Shown here: positions 27,607-40,471 of the stretch, piece after piece
How the letters are laid out: each line of letters starts with the position of its first letter
Position numbering within the stretch: position 1 is the first letter of the stretch
NCBI GenBank assembly: GCA_030704615.1
Contig: CM060731.1
Span: 13,330,001 to 13,394,000 of the forward strand
Length of the DNA stretch: 64,000 nucleotides
Direction of reading: 5' to 3'
From: Takakia lepidozioides
Lineage: Eukaryota > Plantae > Bryophyta
The notes under the pieces: generated by a model
What the model was told of the DNA's origin: nothing
What the model saw: the letters and a program-made list of their open reading frames with translations, nothing else
Databases searched by the model: none
Made by a program: the position numbers and the translations under genes

Positions 27607-28200
27607 AATAAAGGACACGGCAGGGCCCGTTCGCTGTGAAATGGGGATCTCCCTTAAGCCTTTCCCCACAGCACTGCCGAATGGGTGGTCAGTGGCAGGA
27701 AGAAGCTCATGAATTGCGGGGGATTCTCGTGACTCTACAACGGCAGAAAATGCCACCAAAGGTTACCAAGCTAATAGATGCTCACATGTGATATTTGGCA
27801 ATGCATGAAATACCCATTTTGTTGTTCCCACTTGGGAATATGATACGGCACTTCTGAGTGTAATCTCACGTGTGTTGGCTTGGACGATACTCATGTACAC
27901 TGGGCCCGTGGGGTTAGCTTGGAGCGCAAGCTATGGACCCTGTCTGTTCCCTCTCCATATCAGCTGGCAAGTATTGCTCTCGGTATCGATGTCTTGTGGA
28001 TGTGTATCTAGAACGGAGAGCAGGTGCACCACAATCATTCCTAGCTCCTGGAACTCTGCCGTGGAGAGCCCAGGCTGAAGTTTTCCCTATTCAGAAATTC
28101 TTTTTGCAAGTTTAGACAGCTGCACATTAAAATCCTTTGTTCTTCTTCAAGCCTGGAGGTCCTCTCACAGGAAGTGATATCTCCATACGGATCAGTATTA

Positions 28201-28467
28201 ATGGCCCCCATGGAAACAGCTGTAAGCGTGCAATCTGCTGAGGTTTGTCCAGGAACGTTTGCCCGAGCCCTTTTGAGGTGGTTGAAGCGCGCTTTTACAG
28301 GTCCTACTCGCACCACCCCAGTGCCTCGGAGCGCTGAGATTTCAGATTCCAGGAGCTCCACTGTCGCACCGAAGCTAAAGCAGCATTCAGTTCCTGTGGA
28401 CATTCCAACGGCCAAGGATCCTGATCCCTTTCATGCTGCTGACACCAAATTTTGGTGGAGGGCGTGA
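28201..28467 (+). CDS. Possible small orphan protein (88 aa, MAPMETAV...TKFWWRA)
   Basis: ATG-initiated ORF in non-repetitive sequence; no recognisable domain. Confidence 0.3.
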   Translation: MAPMETAVSVQSAEVCPGTFARALLRWLKRAFTGPTRTTPVPRSAEISDSRSSTVAPKLKQHSVPVDIPTAKDPDPFHAADTKFWWRA

Positions 28468-30246
28468 TCGATCTACATGCAGAGCCTGACCTCATGAGCT
28501 AGAGTTGTGTCCAAGGAGGCACTGAGAACTGTAATATGATCTGTGGGGCGAGCGACAAAGAAAATCTGCAAACATCTGAAAAACAAGCGCTCTCAACGTG
28601 ACATGTTTGCATACTTGTTTTTCTTGAAATGCAGGTCTACAACAACTGTGTCAGATGTTGAATCCTTCTGGACAGGTCTCTTGAGTTCATCTCATGTGAC
28701 TGGTGGAAGATGGAAGTGAAAGGGATCATGGCCCCTGAGCTCAAGCTACATGTCCACAGCGAGGTCCGGACAATACATCGCGGGCGTTGGAGTGGTCTTC
28801 ACAAACTTGTACATCATGTACGAGTACATGCCCCATGGATTCTCAGGAGGTGTCTTTCCGAGGTGTGGCCAGTGTCCAAGACAGTTTATTCTTTTTTACA
28901 GTACTTGAACTACACTTTGTCCGAATGTGATTTGCGACTATCCAGCGATAGCTGATCATGGATCGTCACCCTACACCCCCTATTTACGCTCTGCATAATA
29001 CAGATTGGAATGCAGTTCAGGAAGAGACCATCAAATAAATAGTAACAAAGTGCACTGGACAGTGCAACGTGTGACGGGGATATTGCATTAGATTGTTCGA
29101 GGACCATTGCAACTGGCATAACTCTCGAGATGTAGAGGTCTAAAGGGTGGTTTTGTAAGACCAAGGACTCTGTAATCTTGCTCTAAGCTCAAGGCAGTTT
29201 GCAACAATGTTGCGAGCACTCAGGAGGGCACTGACCTCGTTCGTTCAACAACTCGTCTGATAAATACATAATTATAAATACGTAATTTACAGTATCAAAT
29301 CATGTAACCCAAACAGCATGCATATATTCCACCCATGGTATGCCACCTGCTTGCACACAGTTCTGGACGGGCGCATGCGTTTCAACTTGTAGCTGGTCTA
29401 CATTTATCCGTCACCTTGCACAGTGATCGTCAATCTAAGTCGTTTGAACAGTGTCGATCGGTCTTTATACATGTGTGCAAGTAGAATCGTCGATAAGTGT
29501 GTAATCGTCGATAAGGATTTTGTAATCCCGGAATCCATGATATATATTTAACGGTGTGCACTCAGGTCATCTGAACGACACATGTTTTCGAAATTCAAAA
29601 TTCTTGAGCACTTTGGAATCGAAAGTTGCAGTTCGACAGAAAAACGTCACACATAATGCTTGACCGACCCTGGCCTCAGTGAAGCAGTGAAACATTGAGC
29701 ATTAATTTCAATTTTCTTAGGTGACGCTCTAGCAATAATCGAATAGAGAAATTTTCCACATGAACAATTGTAGTTGAATTTTAAGCATTGAAGTTGACCT
29801 CTCCAGACTTGGGAAGTTAAGGAATATGTCACTGACTTTTTATAAAGTAACTTAGAGATATTGTAACTAATTCAGAAATGGACTCCATGTTTGATGACCA
29901 GTACAAGCAGCTTCAATTTGACGCTGACTATTTCGCAAAACAACTAATTGCAAGCTCTAGACTTGACCTTCGAACATGCTATTGGCAACCAAGCCAGAGT
30001 GGATGCCAAGGGAGAACTCTCTATATTCAGAACGCAGATGTTTATTGAAGGTGGGCTCCTTCGCCGGGAGCTTTGAAGGAGCATTTGTACACACGTAGAC
30101 CTGGAGCATTGGATTCTATTTCCCTTGATGCGGCCATCTTGGCGAACTTTGTTTGCACGGAGAACGGCATGAGGCCAATACGTGTAGATGCATTATTTAC
30201 GACAGCATTGCTCTGACAGTGGCTGCAACGCCTGCACATTCAACGA

Positions 30247-30570
30247 TCAGATGGCACAAAATTTTCCTCCCGTCGGAAAGAAGTTTACAACTAATGGCGC
30301 TTTGCTAGACTTCACTTTGCAGGCTGCACGGCGGTCGTCACTCTTGCTGGCCTTACTGGAAAACGTGGCTTCATCGGAGAGCTCAGACTGGGTGGGCGCA
30401 GTGCGCGCAGACTTGAAAATCCTCCGAACAGAAAACACATTTTTGGGTCGGCCAGAATGCTCCACCATTGGGGAGGTTGACTCTGGTCCATCTGAAACAA
30501 GCCTTTGAGATTTTCTCCGATCGCGCAGACTGCTGCCTACAGAGGTAAGCACTTCAGCTGCAATCCCCAT
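30247..30570 (-). CDS. Small Ser/Lys-rich protein B (107 aa) with C-terminal APLVVNFFPTGGKFCAI
   Basis: ATG at 30570. Shares the KVKS..P(I/L)VVN(Y/F)FPTGG pattern with 11424-11642. TATAAAA upstream. Confidence 0.65.
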   Translation of the reverse strand: MGIAAEVLTSVGSSLRDRRKSQRLVSDGPESTSPMVEHSGRPKNVFSVRRIFKSARTAPTQSELSDEATFSSKASKSDDRRAACKVKSSKAPLVVNFFPTGGKFCAI

Positions 30571-30691
30571 GATATCTTATAGAGGGAGTGTGTTCGAGCT
30601 GAGAGATAGACAGAGCTCTAGCTAGGTACCACAAATTCCGAACTGAATTATCTAAACCCAGATCTAGATCACAACACAGATAGAGACCGTC

Positions 30692-30698
30692 TTTTATA
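30692..30698 (-). promoter_or_regulatory. TATA box of small protein B gene
   Basis: Minus-strand TATAAAA ~125 bp upstream of ATG 30570, followed by a CT-rich leader. Confidence 0.45.
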
Positions 30699-31429
30699 AC
30701 AAGATGACGATTAGAGAGCATGAGGGAGATTTATGTCTGCAAGTGTGGAGAGCAAGAAACCTGGGAGTCCAGCTCGGTGTCACCGACATTGGACTTGTCG
30801 ATCCAGCATATATTACAGGAATAAATCCGGGGTATAATATTAGGGTCTTCGGTGTCATGGACATTGAACTTACCAATCGGGCAGAATGTCATCTGCCCTA
30901 CTCTGAACACGGACGCCCGCAATAGAAGCCCCATATCTGCCGCGAGAAGAAGCTCTAGAATCTGCCTAAGTAAGAGACCTAAAAAGCAGAAGAATCCACT
31001 GCCTCCTGACTATTACGTACTAGATAATGGCCACCGGGCGAACCCCGCGAGCGGCGCGGCCGCGAGCAGGGTCAACCGGTGGCCATTATCGAACATAAAG
31101 GATTTGGGGCAGATTCTGCCTTTTTGAGGCAAATTAAAATGCAGAAGATCGACGCTCCTCGGCACTATGTCCCAAGCCCTTTTAGGATACTGCCGCGGGC
31201 CCGGGCTCCCGTCCTCATGCGCGCTGCCTTGTTCCGGGCTCCCTGCCACCTCTGCTCCTCCTGATCGCTGCCTGCCTTCAAGCGAGCTCCCTGCCACGTC
31301 GCTGCCACCTCGGCTCTTCATGGCCCCTACCATCAGGCGCCTGCCACGTCGCCTCTTCCTGCCATGTGCCAATTTTCCGCCATACAATAATCATTACAGG
31401 GTATGGAAATTCCAGCAAGTCGCCATACC

Positions 31430-32330
31430 CTGTAATGATTACTGTATGGCGACCCACATGATTTTGGATGAATGAATTTATTTTTGGATGGATGGATAAG
31501 GCTAAAAATAGATGTAATCCTCTTTAGGGTTTGTATCCTCCACTTCATCCATACCTTGTAATGATTACTGTATGGCGACCCACATGATTTTGGATGAATG
31601 AATTTATTTTTGGATGGATGGATAAGGCTAAAAATAGATGTAATCCTCTTTAGGGTTTGTATCCTCCCTTTCATCGATCGTGTTTTCTCTTCAGCGTTTC
31701 TTCTCTTCGGCCTTTCTCTTCTTCGACGGGGAAGTTCTTGCTTTCCATTTTTTTTTTTCGTGCTTCATTCTCTTGCTTGAAGTTCTTTTGAACTCTCTTC
31801 AATGCTCGAAGTTCTCTTCTCTATCATCTTTGCTTTGGGTCTTTTTAAGTTTTAAATACACTTGTGAATAGATTCGAAACATAGTTTATGAACATTAGTC
31901 TATGATTCCACTATGATTGTATATTAACTCAAATGTGATAAGTTTTAGTTGAGGGTTGAGGGTTTAGGGTTTAGGGTTCGCATTGGGTGTAGTCTTGGAT
32001 AGTGGAATTTAATACACGAGGTAGTTTAGGGTTTATCTCCACTTCATTGTGTCTTGTTTTCTTAAGCATTGAAATTCTCTTGCTTGAAGTTCTCTTCTCT
32101 ATCCTCTTTGCTTTGGGTGTCTTTAAGTTTTAAATACACTTGTAAATAGATATAAACATAGTTTATGAACATTAATCTATGATTCCACTATGATTGTATA
32201 TTAAGTCAAATGTGACAAGTATTAGTTTAGGGTTGAGGGTTTACATTGGGTGTAGTCTTGGATAGTGGAATTCAATACACGAGGTAGTTTAGAGTTTATG
32301 TCCACTTCATTGTGTCTTGTTTTTTGAATT
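31430..32330. repeat. Internal direct duplications in the left arm of transposon 2 (~127-bp x2 and ~300-bp x2) with short TTTAGGG runs
   Basis: TGTAATGATTACTGTATGGCGACCCACATG... at ~31431 and ~31557. TTCTCTTGCTTGAAGTTCT... blocks at ~31768 and ~32075. GGTTTAGGGTTTAGGG near 31961. Confidence 0.8.
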
Positions 32331-32677
32331 TGTCTTTGATGAAGCTCACACTTCACAAGTTGTTTGATTGTTTTATGTTTCTTCTTTCTTCTTTGGGTTT
32401 CTCCTCTTTGTTTACCCTTCATTATAAGTGACTTTAGTATGACCGGAGATTTAATGTACAACTATATATGATTGATAAGATTTGAGTTTAATTTTGTGGT
32501 ATGTTTGGGGTTTGGGGTTTAGATTCATGGCACCTCGCGCCAAAAAATGGAAACGAAGAACTGAAATGAGAAGTGGATAAAGAGACAGAAAGCGACTACA
32601 GAAAATGAGGTAAATGCAAGGCGGAATGCTTTGAAGTGCATTGACAAAAAACTTGACATTAAGTTTGAGAGGGAGAG

Positions 32678-33402
32678 TGTCGCGTCCCTTTACCTTAAGG
32701 GCACGGGGTCGGGACACAAGAGGGGCTGCCCCTGTGGTGGGGGCAGTGGCAGCGATAGGTATAGGGGGCTGAAGCACCCTTGAGTGCCCAAGGCACTCAA
32801 GGAGGCGAAGGCGCTCACTAGGTGGAGCCCCGCACACCGGGTTGCGGTGTGGGTGGCTCCACAAGGGGTGGTGGTAGCTTAGCGGGACTTAGTGGGGGTG
32901 GCATATGACTCACCCTGGGGCGGAGACCTTGGAAGTCGTGGGGAGTCTTGGGACTCATCACGATCCATAGGGGCCGTGGTGGGTGGCCCAAGACTCACCG
33001 CGACTCATTACCGGGAGTCGAGGGTGTTCGTGGTGGTTCGCTATAAAATGACATGGTTGTTTGTGAAACCCCCGTGGACAGCTACATAAGTATATATAGG
33101 GAGTAGTAACCCCGAGAACGGTGCAAGCCCGTTGGTGACCAAAAACTAGTGAGTAAGCGAGCGAGCCGGAAAGCGACCAAAGATGGGAGGGAGCTGTTCC
33201 GGACTGCCACTACCAAAGGGAATTCCGCTTGGTTCCAAATCGTGGAGGGTTCTTTGGGAGATCAAAGGGGGACCGTTATGCCCAGTGAGCAGCCGGAGCT
33301 CCCTTCCAAGTTGGCCCGGTGGGCCAGGGTTGGGGTTAGGTTGCGTGCATCAAGTGAGTATCTATGACTTGAGGGGGAGCTTACCGAGTGAGGTGCGCGA
33401 CA
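32678..33402 (+). repeat. 5' LTR (725 bp)
   Basis: TG...CA ends, followed by the PBS; homologous to 38925-39650. Confidence 0.9.
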
Positions 33403-33499
33403 TTTGGTATCAGAGCTTAGAGTTCAGTACGCGATCGTCCTTGGGATTGGCCTCATCATGGGGTCGGGCAAGCCAAAGCGAAAGCGGAACGGCCCAAAA

Positions 33500-36400
33500 G
33501 ATGATGATCATGGTGAGCCTGATGGGGGCGACGTGTCACCAAGGCGGCCGTTTGAGGAAGCGATGCATGTTTCCGAAAACGAGCCGCTCAAGAGCGGAGG
33601 AATCTGAGGAGTCGGAGCCTGAGGAATTCCCTGAGAGCTCCAACCGACCAACAGATGCCTCCCTTGAGGCTCGATCTGTTTTCCGAGAGGCCGCCCACTT
33701 TGTAATGCGATACGTTGAAAGACTTTTTGCCTGTCGGCTAATGCCACTGTCCCACGAAGCAAGTTGAAAAGGTGAAGCCTAAGGAACCCGGCACTTCGAG
33801 GCCGTCCGAAATCGTAAGGCACTCAACACCTGGCTCTTTGAGCTAAGCAATACTTTCGGGCGGCCAAGTTGAGTACAGATGATCGGGTGGAAGTGCTCCC
33901 ACCTATTTGAGGGCTAATGCTCAACAGTGGTGGCAGAAACGCCTTCACGACCGACGTCAAGTTCGGAAACCTTGAACGGGAGTGGGTTCAAAGAATTGAT
34001 GAAGAGGCAATTGTGTGCCCCTCAACGCGTCCTAGCTCGCACGGGACAAGATAGGAATTTTGAAGCAAACAATACATTCGGGGATATGTCCAGGTTTTCA
34101 ATGTGCTGTTGCTCACAGGTCACGGACATGGCAGAACTATAAATGGTCTCAACTTTGTGCGGGACTAGCCCCATTGGCCAATCGACAGTTGGAGGAGAAG
34201 CCACCTAAGACTTTGAACGAGGCAATTGAGAGGGCTATGTTTCTCTCGGATGTCCCTAAGGGTGAAAGCAAGGCCTTACGGAGCTGACCACAAGAAGACC
34301 CGGCGGGAAGGTGACTTCCTTCCGACCGAAAAGATGGGATAGGCCACGCGGCAACAAGGGCCACGTGGAAATCGAAGGGGAGGGCCCTCACAAGTCAAGG
34401 CGGCACCCCGGTGCTTTCGAAGGAAAAGCGGGTGAGCGCCTATGGCGTACAGAAGGCGACCTTTGATGGAGTGTTGTTTCAATTGCGGGGAGCCCGGCAC
34501 ATTGCCAGACGTGCACGAAGACAATGGAACATGGACTCGGCATACACAGAGCGTCGGAAGATACCATCATTCGTTTTGGTGGAAGCGATGGTCGCTAGGG
34601 ACTTGTAAGAGTTCGAAAATTTTCTTGTTAGTTTATCAGGAAACTGGCGCCTTACGTAAAGGGAGGCAGTTATTGTTCGTAGATGGGATAATATCCGGAA
34701 CTAACGTTTCGTTGTTGGTGGACACAACAGTGATCGTCTCACTCCTTCATGACACCCACGGCAACGACACAAAACTGGTGAAACTTCTTCCACGGGACTT
34801 CCCACAATTGACGTGGGGGCCTCTATTTGATTTGCGTTCTGCCAAAGGAGAATCGCAATTGGTGACAAGGTGTCCTCTTCAACTGGGGCCTTGGTAGGGA
34901 CGTGAGAACTTCACCATCTGCGACAAGATCGATGGAGTGGATCTCATTTTTGGGATGACTTTTTTTGAGCAAATCCGGTAGCGGTTATCAATGGCCGCAA
35001 GAGAGTAGTCACGCTGCCATGTGGGAATGTGGCGAGGTCTTACGAGTGTCGGAAACGCCCAAACCCGTGGAGGGCGAATAACCTCCTTCAGCAGGGAGTG
35101 GGCCATGGAGGAGGCACATGAGCCCCAATTTTTTTGCTCTACATTAGAGAAGTAGACGGAGAAGGCGATGGGAGCCGAGCCCAGATTGGATCAAGGGATT
35201 TGGAGCAATAACCAGGAGTATGCCGGGATTTACCAAGCGTCTTGCCACCATGCGAAGAGAGTTGACCACAGATTGAGGTGATACCAGATCGGAAAACCTC
35301 CTTGCCAAGCGCCCTAACCGTTGATGCCACAGAAGAGTGGTCGAGCTGAAGACTCAACTCAAAGATCTAATGTCAAGGGTACATCCAGCCGAGTAAGTCA
35401 CCTTACGGAGCCCCGGTATATTTGCAGACAAGAAGGATGGGACCTGCGTAGGTTTGTCCGATTACATCACAAGGCTTTGATATGGTGACTATAAAAAACC
35501 GTACCCTTTGCCAAGGATCGACGATCTTTTCGATTGGTTGGCAGGAGCGAAGTATTTCAGCCGGATCGATCTGCGCTTTTGCGTTACTCACATTTTCGAG
35601 TGGCGGAAGGAGATGAGTGAAGACCGCGTGCAAACAAGGTATGGTTCATATGAGTTCTTGGTGATGCCTTTTGGACTCCCCAACGGTCCCGCGACCTTAA
35701 GTCACGCTGATGACCAGCTTTTCCAGGAATGGGGTGGATGACTTTGTGATTGTGTACACGACGACATCTTGTGTATTCGAAAACAAAGAGGAGCACCTGG
35801 AGCACCTCAAAAATGGGTGTTCTAGAAAATTGCGAGAAGGGAAGAGGAATGCCAAAGCTTCAAAGTGCGAATTTGGGGTCACAAAAGTGGAGTTCCTCCT
35901 TTCCTGGGGCATGTGATTACACAGATGGGATCAAAATGGATGACAGAAGGTTAGGCCAATCTTGGACTGGAGCCTCCGACTTTCGGTCCCGTGAGTGCGA
36001 TCCTTCCTAGGACTCGCCTCCATATACCCGGAAGTATTTTGAAATTTTGCCCAGATCGCGGGGTGCCGCTGTCAGACCTTCTTTGTAAATCCAAAGTCTG
36101 GGCATGGACACCTTTTGTGCCAAGCTTTTGCTGAATTGAAGCAGCGGATGGCGGAAGCTCCATCTTGAAAATCCCGGAGTTCGATCGTCCGTTCGAGATT
36201 CATACAGATGCGTCGACTTCGCGATTTGGGGGTGTACTGATGGCAAGATGGACGTCCAGTGGCTTACGAAAGTAAGAAACTGAATGAAGTGGAGCGACGG
36301 TGGCCGACGCACGAGAAAGAGATGAAGGCGGTGGTTCACTGTCTTGAGCTTTGGCCCACTATGTTGGTTCCAACCCAGTGAAGGTGTTCAACTGACAATT

Positions 36401-37990
36401 TCACGTTGTAATATTTTGCCACACAGCCCAAGTTGTCCCCAAAACAACTTAGGTGGCAAGATACTTTAGCGGTGTTTCGACGTGGAATCCAGTACAAACC
36501 GGGACGGACAACGTGGTGGCCGATGCTTTAAGTAGAAAGCAGCAGCTCTTGTTTGATGTACAGGGGTGAGACGGCACTCACAGAAAGGAAGATCCGGAAG
36601 GCTTGCCGGAAGGATGAGTTGGCGAAGTCCGTGATGCAGGACTTGAGATGGGGGTTAAATCGCAGTTCCACTTGCAAAAGGACTGCTTCCGGTATAAGCA
36701 AAGCGTCTCTACGTGCCGAAGGGAGGGATCATCAGATAGCCTCTGAAGAATGCCATGATAGCCCGCTTGCGGGGCCACGGCGGAGCCAAGCGCACTGCGG
36801 CACTCTAGAAAAAGAGTATTTCTGGCCCAACTGAGGAGGAGGCAGAGGAGTATGTCAAGACATCACCACATGCCAACAAACCGGAGCGAGTACAAAAGCA
36901 AGCGGGGCTGTTACACACCCTTGCCATTCCGTCCAGAGAGGACTTGGGAAAGCGTCTCGATGGTTTCATGATTGTTATGCCGCTGTCAAAAAGATTCGAT
37001 GCAATCATGTGGTGTGTGGATAGGTTCAGTAAAATGGGGCCATTTCATCCCCACCAGGAGACGGCTACGGCGCAGGAAACAGGGCGACTTTACTTTCGCC
37101 CCACGTCTTAAAGCATCATGGAGTCTCGAAGGATATTGTCTCGACCGCGATCCAAAGTTTACGAGTAAATTTTGGAAAGCACTTTGGAAGAAGATGGGGA
37201 CGAGGCTGAAGACGAGTACCCGCCTTCTGACCTACGACCGACGGCCAAACGGAAAGAGTGAATTCCGTAGTGAAGCAAATCTTGCGGAATTATGTGTCGG
37301 CAGACCAAACAGACTGGGTGGAACACTAGACGCGGCAGAATTCGTGTTATAATAACACAGAACACTCCGCAACGAGAGTTTCCCCCTTTCGTATTGGTCT
37401 ATGGAAAAGCACCTCTGGTGCCGACAAGTTGGGGCCGCCCAGTACGTTGAGGAACCGGTAGTACGTCGGTACTGGAAGAAGCGAGCGTTTGTTGAAGCTC
37501 GCAAAGTACAACATTGCCAAAGCTAGGAAACGGTATGAAAGGCAGGCGAATCGGAAGTGGAGGGAAGTAAGTTTGAGGCAGGCCCGAGGTCTGGTTGAAC
37601 ATCAAATTTCCGACTACCTCCGGAGTGAGTCCAAAGTTTCGTACCCCCGTATGCGGGACCCTTCCGCATCCGGAAGTTATGAATGAGGATGGTATGAATT
37701 GGAGCTGCCGGCAAACAGCAGGTGCATCCGTATTCCACGTCTCCTTTTGAAGCCTTACTTCAAAGATGAAGCGCGTCCGAATCGGCATCAAGTGTTGCGT
37801 CCGCCACTTGTGCTGTTGGATCATGAAAATGAACCTGAGTACGAGGTGGAGGCAGTACTTAAGTCGTGAGGTTCAAGAACCGAGAAACGGAGTATCTTGT
37901 CAAATGGAAAGGGCTTTATCATGTGGAGACATCTTTGGGGTGCGTGCCTCAAAATGGGAAACGCATCGAGGCGTTGCAGTTTTCGAAGGG
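33500..37990 (+). pseudogene. Gypsy gag-pol (PR-RT-RH-IN-chromodomain), heavily frameshifted
   Basis: Conserved peptide motifs are spread over many short ORFs in all three plus frames. Boundaries approximate. Confidence 0.85.
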
Positions 37991-38924
37991 CGACCTCAAA
38001 GCGAAAGAAGCGTTGATAGGGACATCAACCTTGGAGCGTGGGTGAGGAAATGCATGCTTAGCCCGGCTTAGCTAGATCAGGAATTCGACTGCAAAAACTT
38101 GTGTTGTACAAATTTTGTTATAAATGAAATGGTTTTCAAATGTTGTGCTTCCTATTTTGTTTGGAATGGTGATGCATGGTAGGGTTGGCTAGTGTGTAGA
38201 ATGCATGCTAGCTTACAAAAGTGGGAGAGGTAAATTGGATTAATCGTATGTTTGCGCAGTGCCGAAATCGGGTGACTCTCATCCAATCAGGGGCAAGGAA
38301 ACTTGAGCCTTCTTTAGGAGTTCACGGGTCTAGTGCCACCTGGCGCGTGCGCGTACATAACTATAACTGCGCTACCGAGGGGTTGTCTTGTAGTGCAGAC
38401 TAACGCGGAAGCTACGTGCTTCCGTTCACGTACTATAATCGTGTAACCTCGGAACGAAGTCGTAGTGCGGCTTCGGCGTGTTCCCGTACCTCAGGCCAAC
38501 ATTCCAAGGCGGACACAATTGTAGTGATTGAGGCTCACGATTGGTTCAAGGTTATCTTCCTAGTCAAAAGGGGGTTCAAAAACCTTTGCTCAAGGTGATG
38601 CCAAAAGCGGCATCATGAGCAGTCGCAAGCAATGTTGTTGCAGTAAGGCGATTCGATCCTCGGGGAGGATCGTTCTTTGGCCTTGAAGTGGGCCAAGAAG
38701 AGTGCACTGGTGGAGCTTGAGAGGCTCCACCCTTGGCCGGGACTTGGAGGAAGTCGGCCGAACTAGCTAGTGGAAAGTTGAGTCAAGTGCAGGTTTGGTT
38801 CTTTGCCATGGGACGCCATGGTATGGAAACAAACTCCTTGATGTGGGACGCCACAACTTGGATGTTCGTTTCTACAAAATGGACAAGTCGATGATGACAT
38901 TGACTCCCTATTGGTAGGGATGTG

Positions 38925-39650
38925 TGTCGCGGCCCTTTGCCTTGAGGGCAGGGGGTCGGGACACAAGAGGGGCTGCCTCTGTGGTGGGGGCAGTGGCAAC
39001 AATAGGTACGGGGGCCGAGCACCCTTGAGTGCCCAAGGCACTCAAGGAGGCAGAGCCGGCGCTCACTAGGAGCCCCCCGCACACCGGGTTGGCGGTGGGG
39101 GTGGTTCCACGAGGGGTGGGGTAGCTTTAAAATGTCTTAGTGGGGGTGGCATAGGACTCACCATGGGGCGGAAACCTTGTGGTGGGAGTCGTGGAAAGTC
39201 TTGGGACTCACCACGGCCCAATGGGGCCGTGGTGGATGGGCCAAGACTCACCGCGACTCATCATCGGGAGTCGAGGGTTTTCGTGGTGTTTCGCCATAAA
39301 ATGACTGGGTTGTTTGTGAAACCCCCGCGGACAGTCACAGAAGTATATATAGGGAGTAGTAAGTCCGAGAACGGTGCAATCCCGTTGGTGACCAAAAACT
39401 AGTGAGTAAGCGTGCGAGCCGGAAGCGATCAAGGTTTGGGGGGGATTGTTCCGGACTGCCAACAACCAAAGGGAATTTCCACTAGCCCAAATTGAGAGAG
39501 GGTCTTGTGGAGGAGCAAATGGGGACCGTTATGTCCCGGTGAGCAGCCGAAACTCCGAGTTGGCCCGGCGGCCAGTTTGGGAGTTAGGCGCGCGCATCAA
39601 AGCGAGTAACTATGACTTGAAGGGAGCTTACCAAAGTGAGGTCCGCGACA
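38925..39650 (+). repeat. 3' LTR (726 bp)
   Basis: TGTCGCG...CGCGACA, preceded by purine-rich GGTAGGGATGTG. Confidence 0.9.
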
Positions 39651-40471
39651 ACGATTGTGCGAACTTGAAACACTTGCATGAATATATGAATTCATGTTGC
39701 AATGCTAGTATATTTTATGTCTGTCATGTGATACTCAAATCAATTCCACAAATTTTTCAATGTATAATGCAATACATTTAGGTCTTATATGGTTGTACAT
39801 AAGTATAACTACATATATATAATAATATGATTACACATTCTGCCATAACAATAAGAAAAAATGTATATAACTTAGTTTGGAAGTGTTATATAAGTTAGTT
39901 AATATTGTCTGAAGATTCCATGGTTTGGATCATATTTATAAAAATGTATGGCTCTTCTCCATATTCATTGACACTTACACTTGCTCTGTTTACACATCCC
40001 ACCATACACATAAGAGAAAATGTATATAAATTAGTTTGGAAGTTTTGTATAAGTTAGTCAATATTGTGTCAATCTTCCATGGTTTGGGTCATATTCATAA
40101 AAGTGTATGGTTCCTCTTCATGTTCATTGACACTTACACTTGCACTCATCTTCAGATTTATGGATATGTAGTTTGGATATGACACTTTCATGGACCCATA
40201 CATACATCTTCCATCCATAATGAATCGCATTTTTAGAGATATATGGCCCACATGATCACCTATTGAGCTATATATATATATATTGAATAAGGAGAAAGAA
40301 GATTTACAAACAAAAATGTGCAAGGCAAAACGTTAATCATATGTAGATGGTCATTTCTTGCGAGTTGTTGATAGTGAACATCAACATACAATGAAGTGCA
40401 AAAAATAACGTCACTTCAAATATGTGATCACATAACATTTGCCAAAACATTAAATGAAAGTGTAGTCATGT

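Larger units (their letters stand above)
32678..39650 (+). mobile_element. Ty3/gypsy LTR retrotransposon, chromovirus (Tcn1-like by inference), degenerate
   Basis: LTRs TGTCGCG...CGCGACA at 32678-33402 and 38925-39650. tRNA-Met PBS TGGTATCAGAGC at 33405-33416. gag CCHC, protease LLVDT, RT LPRIDDLFD and YEFLVMPFGL, RNase H, integrase DRDPKFTSKFW, chromodomain EYEVEAVL...EYLVKWKG. Confidence 0.93.

Noticed and set aside
31950-31980. TTTAGGG runs (also near 43822) as interstitial telomere
   Set aside because: Only 2-3 units; better explained as telo-box-like motifs inside the transposon.
32661-32677. Purine tract before the 5' LTR as the PPT of a tandem upstream element
   Set aside because: No pol sequence upstream, and the tract reads as part of the interrupted ORF; not fully excluded.
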